Shown: positions 56,324 to 64,000 of the stretch, piece after piece | Numbering within the stretch: the stretch's first letter is position 1 | Layout: every line of letters starts with the position of its first letter | Origin: a bacterium | GTDB lineage: Bacteria; UBA8248 | DNA length: 64,000 bases | NCBI GenBank assembly: GCA_965219955.1 | Contig: OZ244799.1 | Span: 3,040,001 to 3,104,000, forward strand | Direction of reading: 5' to 3' | Notes under the pieces: model-generated | The model's input: only the letters and a program-made list of their open reading frames with translations | What the model was told of the DNA's origin: nothing | Databases searched by the model: none | Translations under genes and position numbers: made by a program

Positions 56324-57586
56324 ATGCCCGGCTATCCCGTGAACAGCAATTTGGAGCCCACCACCGAGAACTGGCGGATTTCGCAGCATTGTTTCTCCGA
56401 GGAAATCCGCTCGCAGATGACGCTGCCCGAGAAATTCCAGCTCTGCGACATCACCTTGAGGGAAGGAAGGCAGCTGCCCGGCGTGTCCCTGAGGCGCGAT
56501 GAGGTCATCCGCATCGCCGATGCGCTCGTCGACGCAGGCGTGAGCATGGTGCAGATGCACCACGACGACCCGCTGGAGATGGAGGAAGTCAAAAAACGCC
56601 ATCCCGACCTCATCGTGGAAGCCTTGGTGCATCCCACCGCGGTTCTCAACCCAGAGCTCGCCAAGGTGGAAGTGGATCTGAACGTGGAGCACGGCGCGGA
56701 CTATACGACCCTTTGCTTTTCCTTCTCGCCGAACCAGATGTGCCTGTTCGAATCGATGGCCGGAGACCCGGACATCACCATCGAACAGGCCATCGAGCGC
56801 GCCTGCGGCTCGGTGGCCTACGCCCGGGAGAAATCGGGCCCCGAGAGGAAGGTGGGCTGCCTGATCCAGGACTGCACGCGCATACCCATCGAGCGTCTCG
56901 CCGAGGTGTGCGGCAAACTCGTGGACGCAGGGGCCGACATGATCAAGCTCGACGACATCAACGGCATGGCGATCACGCCGGTCTACACCTACGTCGTCCG
57001 CGAGATGAAGCGCCTGCTGCCCGGCACGCAGATCGGCCTGCACACCCACAACGACATCGGTCTGGCGTGCGCCGCCCTGTACGCCGGTCTTGAAGGGGGA
57101 GCCGACCTCATCGACGCCTGCGTGAACGGGCTGGGCGAGCGCGCGCACATCGCGCCCCTGGCGGAAGTCGCCGCCGTGATCCAGCTCTACTACGGCATCG
57201 ACTGCGGGATTAAGCTCGAGAAAATGTATGAACTCTCGAGACTCGTCTCCGACATCATGAAGTGGCCCATGACGGACACCATGCCCTTCGTCGGCAAGAC
57301 GGCGTTCTCACACCTTGTCGAGGTGCACTATTGCGTGCCCGACACGGAAGAAGGTTTTTGGGCGTATTCGTGCATGAAGCCCGGGATGTTCGGAAACGGC
57401 ATGCACAACCTGCTTGGCCATTACTCGGGCGAGTGGGCCATCCGCACCAAGGCGCGGGAATTGGGCCTCGACCTCCCGCAGGAGAAGGAAAAAGACGTGG
57501 TCGAGCGCGTGCGGGCGGAGATCCGCTGGCGCAAGCGGCAGCTGGGGAACGAGGAGTTCGAGGCCATCGTCCGGGAAGTCTGCTGA
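56324..57586 (+). CDS. DRE-TIM metallolyase (LeuA/homocitrate synthase family), divergent
   Basis: DITLREGRQ, HTHND.G, NGLGER, VG.TAF.H. Confidence 0.8.
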   Translation: MPGYPVNSNLEPTTENWRISQHCFSEEIRSQMTLPEKFQLCDITLREGRQLPGVSLRRDEVIRIADALVDAGVSMVQMHHDDPLEMEEVKKRHPDLIVEALVHPTAVLNPELAKVEVDLNVEHGADYTTLCFSFSPNQMCLFESMAGDPDITIEQAIERACGSVAYAREKSGPERKVGCLIQDCTRIPIERLAEVCGKLVDAGADMIKLDDINGMAITPVYTYVVREMKRLLPGTQIGLHTHNDIGLACAALYAGLEGGADLIDACVNGLGERAHIAPLAEVAAVIQLYYGIDCGIKLEKMYELSRLVSDIMKWPMTDTMPFVGKTAFSHLVEVHYCVPDTEEGFWAYSCMKPGMFGNGMHNLLGHYSGEWAIRTKARELGLDLPQEKEKDVVERVRAEIRWRKRQLGNEEFEAIVREVC

Positions 57587-57653
57587 GAGAAAGCACTTTT
57601 TCGATCAATCACGCTTGAAATCCGGGAAATGACTACCCTGATAAGGAGAAACC

Positions 57654-58430
57654 ATGAAACTCGAAGGCAAGGTCGCATTCATCACGGGCGCATCCGGCGG
57701 CATCGGCGGCGCCATCGCGCGCACCTACGCGAGCGAGGGAGCGAACCTCGCCCTGGCCGCCCGCTCCGTGGACAAGCTCGAAGCGCTCGCAAAAGAGATA
57801 GAGGCCATGGGGCGAAAGGCGCTCGTCTGCCCGTGCGACGTCATGAGGGATGAGGACATTCTCGATTCGCTGCGCAAGACGGTCGACGAACTCGGCCCCA
57901 TCGACATTCTCGTCAACAACGCAGGCATCGTGAGCTTTGAAGCCGTGCACGAGCTTCCCGACGAGGTTTGGGAACGCACCATGCAGATCAACGCGAAGGC
58001 GCCGTTCACGGCGATCCGCGAGGTTCTGCCCTCGATGCTTGAGCGCAAATCGGGAAAGATCATCAACGTGGCGTCTGTTTCGGGGAAAATCGGCCTGGCC
58101 TACAGGAGCGCCTACGCGGCGTCGAAACACGCCGTCCTGGGCCTCACCAAGGCGCTCTCGGCGGAAGTCGCCCCGTTCGGCATCACGGCGAACTGCATCT
58201 GCCCCACATTCGTCTCCACCGGCATGTTCGAGGAAAGCATCCAGAAATGGGCCGACGAGACGGGCAAGACTTTTGAGGAACAATCAGAAGAGCTCAGGAA
58301 CCGGGTGCCGATGAAGCGCTTCATCGATTCGGAAGAATGCGCGCCGCTCGCGCTTCTCCTGGCGTGTGAGGACTCCGGCGGGATCACCGGCCAGGCCATC
58401 AACGTGGACGGCGGCTTCGTCCAGTTCTAA
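57654..58430 (+). CDS. SDR family oxidoreductase (3-hydroxybutyrate dehydrogenase-like)
   Basis: TGASGGIG, NNAG, YAASKH, GQAINVDGG. Confidence 0.9.
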   Translation: MKLEGKVAFITGASGGIGGAIARTYASEGANLALAARSVDKLEALAKEIEAMGRKALVCPCDVMRDEDILDSLRKTVDELGPIDILVNNAGIVSFEAVHELPDEVWERTMQINAKAPFTAIREVLPSMLERKSGKIINVASVSGKIGLAYRSAYAASKHAVLGLTKALSAEVAPFGITANCICPTFVSTGMFEESIQKWADETGKTFEEQSEELRNRVPMKRFIDSEECAPLALLLACEDSGGITGQAINVDGGFVQF

Positions 58431-58443
58431 ACGGGAGACCGAA

Positions 58444-59193
58444 ATGCGGCTGAAGGAGAAGGCAGCCATCATCACGGGAGCCGGAAGCGGCCTGGGCGAG
58501 GCCATCGCCAGGCGTTTCGCGGCGGAGGGCGCGTCCCTGCTCGTCTGCGATCGAAACGCGCAAGCCGTGGAAGCCCTCTCGAATGAACTCGCTGCACATT
58601 CATCAGGCGTTCGGGCGTGTGAGGCCGACGTTTCGGATTCCGCATCCGTTCAAGAGATGGCCGAATCCTGCCTGGAAGCGTTCGGGCGAATCGACATCCT
58701 CATCAACAACGCAGGGATTTCCCCCAAAAAAGGTTATCTCGAATACACAGAAAAAGACTGGGACGCCGTGATCGACGTGAACCTGAAAGGCGAGTACCTC
58801 TGCGCCCGCGCCGTCTCCGAACACATGATGGCGAGGCGCTACGGCCGCATCGTGAACCTCTCCTCCTCCGCATGGCGCTCGGGCGGCTTCGCGGGCGGGA
58901 TTCCCTACACTTCGGCCAAGGCGGGCGTCATCGGCCTCACGCGCTCGCTCGCCAAGACGCTGGGGCCCTACGGCGTCACCGTGAACGCCATCGCGCCCGG
59001 CCCCACGACGACGCCCCTCACGGACGGGTGGCTCCCCGCCCGCCGGGAAGAGATAGTCAAGCAGATCCCGCTCGGCCGCGTGGGCAGGCCGCTGGACGTG
59101 GCCAACGCCGCGCTCTTCCTCGCCTCGGACGAGGCGGAATACGTCACGGGCGTCTGCCTGGACGTGAACGGCGGCATCGCCATGGGGGGTTGA
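58444..59193 (+). CDS. SDR family oxidoreductase (FabG-like)
   Basis: TGAGSGLG, NNAG, YTSAK, VNAIAPG. Confidence 0.9.
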   Translation: MRLKEKAAIITGAGSGLGEAIARRFAAEGASLLVCDRNAQAVEALSNELAAHSSGVRACEADVSDSASVQEMAESCLEAFGRIDILINNAGISPKKGYLEYTEKDWDAVIDVNLKGEYLCARAVSEHMMARRYGRIVNLSSSAWRSGGFAGGIPYTSAKAGVIGLTRSLAKTLGPYGVTVNAIAPGPTTTPLTDGWLPARREEIVKQIPLGRVGRPLDVANAALFLASDEAEYVTGVCLDVNGGIAMGG

Positions 59194-59249
59194 TTTATAG
59201 AGGATGAGGCGGCAACAAGATTTTGAAAAGTATCCCGAGTAATTTGACT

Positions 59250-59687
59250 CTAAGGGGTTTCCCCCGTTGAATTCTTAGGTTCCTGCTCCTGCTCTGGTGG
59301 AGGAGATGCCTGACGCCCCCCAAAATAAAAACCGATAACGGAACCGGCAAGAGTGCCGAAAGCGGTGATGACCTGCTCGAAATGATCCGGAAACACCTCG
59401 GCGCCAAACACCAAGATGTTTACGAACGAACCGACGATCAACAAAGCCAGCATCGCCCGAACGGAACCTCTGGGAAGGTTCAAGCCTCGAAGAGATTTGG
59501 AAGATTCATCAGATCTTCGGGCCCAATACGCATAGAAGGGACCCCCCAACACAACCAGCAATAGCAACAACAATTCGAACCAAAGAAGTGGTTCTGAAAA
59601 CCATATGATGCCGGCAGCCTCAGATGCGGATTTAGCTTGTTCGGCGGCGTGCGCAATATTCGTAAACATGAGAAATCTCCTTCTCAT
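59250..59687 (-). CDS. Small 3-TM membrane protein of unknown function
   Basis: Three hydrophobic segments; motifs LPRGSVRA.LAL and VIGFYFG; lower GC; opposite strand to neighbours. Confidence 0.65.
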   Translation of the reverse strand: MRRRFLMFTNIAHAAEQAKSASEAAGIIWFSEPLLWFELLLLLLVVLGGPFYAYWARRSDESSKSLRGLNLPRGSVRAMLALLIVGSFVNILVFGAEVFPDHFEQVITAFGTLAGSVIGFYFGGRQASPPPEQEQEPKNSTGETP

Positions 59688-60012
59688 TCGTTCTATTCAA
59701 TCGAGCAGTATTGTCGATGATGTGTTGCGCCAATTCAAGGACGCGATTCTCCTGCTCTTGAGGTAGACCAGTCCGGGTTTTTCTCTCATTTGCGGAAAGA
59801 CCGGGAATCAAGTGCGTTCAATACGCTCCGCTTGCATTTTTGCGCCCTGCATGACACCCTTTTTTCGGTTCATGAATCATTGTTCGAGCGATGGTCGAGA
59901 CAGCGCATTCTCCGTTGCCTGATGGGTTTCCCGAAAGACGAGTTTCCGCTTGTTCTCGGCATAAATAATGAAAACCGAATCCGGGATGTCACATATTCGA
60001 GAGGAAACCGCC

Positions 60013-61170
60013 ATGAACCTGCCCTTTGATGACAACAAGCTCAGCAGCCTGATGGAAGATCAGGGAGCGGACGTCGTTCTCGCCACGTCGAAGGAAAACG
60101 TCCGGTACCTGCTCGGCGGCTATCAATTCTTCTTTTTCGCCCACAAGGACGCCATCGGCGTCAGCCGCTACCAGCCGATAGTGGGCCTCCCGAAGGGCGC
60201 GCCCGACAAGGCGTTCTACATCGGGAACATCATGGAAGGCTGGCAGCAGGAAGTCGAACCCCTGTGGGTGCCCGAGAAGCGGAACAACCAGTGGCACACC
60301 GACCAGGCCGGCAAGGACGCGGCCGATTTCATCCGCAAACTCGGCCACGAGAAAGGCACAGTGGCGGTGGAGAAATGCTTCCTGCCGGCGGATTCTTACG
60401 AGGCGCTTCAGGAGGAGTTGCCGGACGCCAAGTTCATCGACGCCGTCTATCTGCTCGAAGAACTCCGGGCCGTGAAACAGCCCCACGAACTGACTCTCCT
60501 GAAAGAGGCTTCTGAAACTATCGTCGAGTGCATGCTCGACGTCATGAAGAGCACGCCTCCGGGCACCACCATGTACGAGGTCGCCGACGAGATGAAGAAA
60601 CTCGAGACCCAAAGGGGGCTCGACTTCGAGTACTGCCTCACCTGCACGGGGCCGAGCTTCAACCGCGCCCCCTCGAACGCCACCTGGGATGAGGGGAACA
60701 TCCTCTCGCTCGATTCGGGCGGGAACAAGCAGGGATACCTGGGCGATCTCTGCCGCATGGCCGTCATGGGCGAGCCCACGCAACTCATGGAGGATTTGCT
60801 CGGCGAAATCCAGGCGGTGCAGACGGCCGCGCGCGCCGTGGTGCGTCCGGGCGTCACGGGCCAGGAAATCTATGAGGCCGCCCTCAACGAGCAGGCCAAG
60901 TGCGAGCACGACGACCAGATGGTCTTCCTCGCGCACGGCATGGGCATCATCCAGCACGAAGCGCCGCACCTCACCTCCTCGGGCGTCGTGCCATACCCCG
61001 CCACCTATGAGACCAAGGGCCTCGAACCCGGGATGGTGGTGTCCATCGAAACCGACATGAAAAACCCCGAGGTCGGCTTCGTGAAACTCGAGGACACCGT
61101 GGTCGTCACCGAAGACGGATCGGTTGGCTACGGCGACGAAGGACGGGGCTGGAACATCGGCGGCGCGTAG
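60013..61170 (+). CDS. M24 family hydrolase
   Basis: D-D-H-E-E ligands (LDSG, GDLCR, AHGMG, SIET, KLED). Confidence 0.88.
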   Translation: MNLPFDDNKLSSLMEDQGADVVLATSKENVRYLLGGYQFFFFAHKDAIGVSRYQPIVGLPKGAPDKAFYIGNIMEGWQQEVEPLWVPEKRNNQWHTDQAGKDAADFIRKLGHEKGTVAVEKCFLPADSYEALQEELPDAKFIDAVYLLEELRAVKQPHELTLLKEASETIVECMLDVMKSTPPGTTMYEVADEMKKLETQRGLDFEYCLTCTGPSFNRAPSNATWDEGNILSLDSGGNKQGYLGDLCRMAVMGEPTQLMEDLLGEIQAVQTAARAVVRPGVTGQEIYEAALNEQAKCEHDDQMVFLAHGMGIIQHEAPHLTSSGVVPYPATYETKGLEPGMVVSIETDMKNPEVGFVKLEDTVVVTEDGSVGYGDEGRGWNIGGA

Positions 61171-61202
61171 ATTCCATTTCGTGAACGGTAAGGAAGAAGC
61201 AG

Positions 61203-62378
61203 GTGGATTTTCGCATCAACCCTGAAAATGAAGATTTGCTCGACCGCGCGAAAATCTACGCGAAGGAAATCCTGGCCCCGAGAGCCGAGAAAATCGACCA
61301 GGAAGGGATTTTTCCCCGCGAGAATTTCAACGATCTGGCGAAAGAAGGCTTCACCTCCCTGACGCTTCCGAAGGACCAGGGAGGCAGGGACCTCTACGAG
61401 GACACCGCCACCTACTCGATGGTCCTCTACGAACTCTCCAAGGGCTGCACGAACACGGCCATGCTCTTCCACATGCACAGCTCCATCTCCCACGTCATCA
61501 CCTATCTGGGAACGGACGAGCAAAAGCGCAGGTACGGCGAAATCATAAGAAGCGGAAAGATCATCGCGAGCTACGCGAGCGAGAACACGTCGAGCCTTCA
61601 CGGCGTGTGGCGCATGGAGACGAAGGCGATTCGGGACGGCGATGTCTACCGGATCAACGGGAAAAAATACTTCTGCTCCATGGCCGGCGAGGCGGATTAC
61701 TACGTGCTCTGGGTGCAGCTCGAAGACGAGGAAGACCTCACGAAAAGCCTGGGGCTGCTCATCGCGCCCTCGGACAACCCCGGCTTCAAGATAGACCAGG
61801 AGTGGAACTCCTTCGCCATGCGCGGAACGGTGAGCCACTCGATGATATACGACGACGTGAAGATACCGGTGGAGGACCTCGTGGGCCGGGGCGGCGACCC
61901 GATACGCCCCGACGTTCTGCCCAAGTTCGGCTTCGGCTACTCCGCCGTCTACCTGGGCGCGGGCGGAGGCGCCTTCGACTGGGTGGTCAACTACGCGCAA
62001 ACCCGAAAGCTCATGCCCGACAACGTGCCCATCGCCACCTATCCCGCCATACAGCGCCAGATCGGGGAGATGAAGATCGCTCTCGAGGGCGCGATACTCA
62101 TGCTCCAGAGGGCGGGCTGGATGATCAACGCCCACGGCGCGGACAAGGCCTACGGCGCCATCAACGAGGCGAAATACGTTTGCGCGGAAGCGTCTGCCTT
62201 CATCACGGAAAAAGCGATTAAGGTGGCCGGCGGCCCGGGGCTGTTCCGGCACAACCCGCTCCAGCGCTTCCACCGCGAGGCGAGGGCCGGCCTCATCATG
62301 CCGCCCAACACGGAAAAGTGCCTGGAGCTCACCGCAAAGACCGTGCTCGAGGGCAGCGCGAACGTGCTGGGCTCATAA
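61203..62378 (+). CDS. Acyl-CoA dehydrogenase-fold flavoprotein lacking the C-terminal catalytic Glu
   Basis: NGKKYFCS, W...AMRGTVSH, AGG, ends in REARAGLIMPP. Confidence 0.82.
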   Translation: MDFRINPENEDLLDRAKIYAKEILAPRAEKIDQEGIFPRENFNDLAKEGFTSLTLPKDQGGRDLYEDTATYSMVLYELSKGCTNTAMLFHMHSSISHVITYLGTDEQKRRYGEIIRSGKIIASYASENTSSLHGVWRMETKAIRDGDVYRINGKKYFCSMAGEADYYVLWVQLEDEEDLTKSLGLLIAPSDNPGFKIDQEWNSFAMRGTVSHSMIYDDVKIPVEDLVGRGGDPIRPDVLPKFGFGYSAVYLGAGGGAFDWVVNYAQTRKLMPDNVPIATYPAIQRQIGEMKIALEGAILMLQRAGWMINAHGADKAYGAINEAKYVCAEASAFITEKAIKVAGGPGLFRHNPLQRFHREARAGLIMPPNTEKCLELTAKTVLEGSANVLGS

Positions 62379-62398
62379 GGGATGGAGGAACAACGCCG

Positions 62399-63970
62399 AT
62401 GAGTGAAAGCGCCAACCTCCCTCCCTATTTCCGCCCCCCGCTCGAATATCCCGATTACGCGTTTCACGGACTGCTCAAGACGGCGTGCTCACGCCGCCCC
62501 GACGCCGTCGCCTTAGTAGACGATGATATCCACATGAGTTTCCGGGAACTCGACGTACTCTCGAACGCCTGCGCCCGCGCCATGCTCTCCGAGGGTGTGG
62601 GGATCGGGGATCGCGTCGGCCTGTTTCTCCCCAATTCGGCCGAATTCGAAATCGCCGCTTTCGGCGCATCGAAGACAGGCGCCGTCTTCACGCCGATGAA
62701 CCCCGCCTACAAGGAAGCAGAAGCCGCGCATCAACTGGGCGATTCGGGCGCGAAGATTCTGATCACGACGGCCGAGGGCGCCGCCGTGGTTCGGGAAGTG
62801 CAGAAAGAACTCCCGATGCTCGAAGCCATCATCGTCACGGATGACGACGAAGGAGACGCCCGCTTTGCGGACTGGATAAGCCCGCATTCGCCGGAGAACC
62901 TGCCCGAACCGCAGATCAACACCGCGGAGGACTTAATCGCCCTGCCCTATTCGAGCGGCACGACGGGCCTGCCCAAGGGCGTGATGCTCACCCACAGGAA
63001 TCTGGTGTCGAACTACCACCAGTGCGTGGCGAACCATCATATTACGGATCAAGATTCGGGCCTCCTGTTCCTGCCGCTCTATCACATCTACGGCGCGCTG
63101 ATCATGGGCGCGCTGATCCTCGCGGGCGCCACCCACGTGCTGATGAAGCGCTTCACCGTGGATGACGCCCTGCGTCTCGTTCAGGAACACGAGCTCACGC
63201 TCTTCTATGGCGTGCCGCCCGCGCTCCTGGCCATCGCCCACCATGAGAACCTGGGCGACTACGATCTCTCTTCCTTGAGATACATCATGAGCGGCGCAGC
63301 ACCCCTGCCGCCAGAGGTGAGGCGCGTCGTGCAGGAGAGAACGGGCGTGCTCACCTTCATGGGCTACGGCCTCACCGAAGCCTCCCCGCTCACGCACATG
63401 AACCCGCCCGTGGAGGCCTACATCCGGGAGGAATCCGTGGGGCCTCCCGTCTCCGATCAGGAGCAGAAAATCGTGGACGTCGAGACGGGAACGAAAGAGT
63501 TGCCCGTGGGAGAGGCGGGCGAGTTGATCATCAAGGGGCCCCACATCATGAAGGGCTACTGGAACGCGCCCGAGGCCACCGCCGAGGCGCTGCGCGCCGG
63601 CTGGCTCCATACGGGCGACATCGGGCGGGTGGACGAGCAGGGCTACGTCTATCTGATGGACAGGAAAAAGGAGATGATCAAGTACAAGGGCTTCGCCGTC
63701 GCGCCCGCCGAACTCGAAGCGTGCCTGCACCTGCACCCCGACGTTGCGGACGCGGCCGTCGTCCCCCGCGAGGATCCCGAGGCGGGCGAGATTCCCGTGG
63801 CCTTCGTGGTGCCCAAAGAAGGCGTCCAGATCAATGAGGTGGCCCTGATGGAATTCGTGAACGAAAAAGTCGCGGGCTACAAGCACATTCGCGCGGTGGC
63901 CTTCATCGACGCCATCCCGAAGTCGGGCAGCGGGAAAATACTGCGCCGTTTGCTGAAAGAAAAAACGTAA
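62399..63970 (+). CDS. Acyl/aryl-CoA ligase (AMP-binding family)
   Basis: YSSGTTGLPKG, GYGLTE, TGD, DRKKEMIK, PKSGSGKILRR. Confidence 0.92.
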   Translation: MSESANLPPYFRPPLEYPDYAFHGLLKTACSRRPDAVALVDDDIHMSFRELDVLSNACARAMLSEGVGIGDRVGLFLPNSAEFEIAAFGASKTGAVFTPMNPAYKEAEAAHQLGDSGAKILITTAEGAAVVREVQKELPMLEAIIVTDDDEGDARFADWISPHSPENLPEPQINTAEDLIALPYSSGTTGLPKGVMLTHRNLVSNYHQCVANHHITDQDSGLLFLPLYHIYGALIMGALILAGATHVLMKRFTVDDALRLVQEHELTLFYGVPPALLAIAHHENLGDYDLSSLRYIMSGAAPLPPEVRRVVQERTGVLTFMGYGLTEASPLTHMNPPVEAYIREESVGPPVSDQEQKIVDVETGTKELPVGEAGELIIKGPHIMKGYWNAPEATAEALRAGWLHTGDIGRVDEQGYVYLMDRKKEMIKYKGFAVAPAELEACLHLHPDVADAAVVPREDPEAGEIPVAFVVPKEGVQINEVALMEFVNEKVAGYKHIRAVAFIDAIPKSGSGKILRRLLKEKT

Positions 63971-64000
63971 AATTCGTTTTCATTTTCGAACTCTTTAACG

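Overview
GC-rich bacterial chromosomal window made of several blocks. (1) 1-4.4 kb: two lower-GC ABC-type ATPase + TOPRIM-like partner pairs (DUF4276-like and RloB-like), candidate defence systems. (2) 4.9-22.3 kb: a GntR-controlled catabolic region (SDRs, HIBADH-family and Gfo/Idh/MocA oxidoreductases, M24 hydrolases, an acyl-CoA dehydrogenase, a peptide-type ABC binding protein and permeases) followed by malQ, with a tRNA-Sec gene lying antisense inside it. (3) 22.4-24.3 kb: a low-GC HD phosphohydrolase + YwgA/SocA-like pair. (4) 28.9-43.9 kb, the most unusual block: tandem-duplicated group II PLP decarboxylases that lack the usual catalytic-loop Tyr; a complete partner-switch signalling set (STAS, sensor kinase, periplasmic binding protein, RsbW, REC-PP2C, REC); an NCS2-family permease fused to a degenerate RsbW-like domain; and, divergent from it, an NHLP (proteusin-type) precursor followed by an uncharacterised putative maturase. 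(5) An intact IS1182-family element, a helicase IV-like gene and higBA. (6) 50-64 kb: further catabolic genes and a Kelch lipoprotein. Composite REP/MITE-like patches and a diverged ~400 bp non-coding repeat are dispersed between blocks. Family assignments come from motif recognition by eye; no database searches were run.
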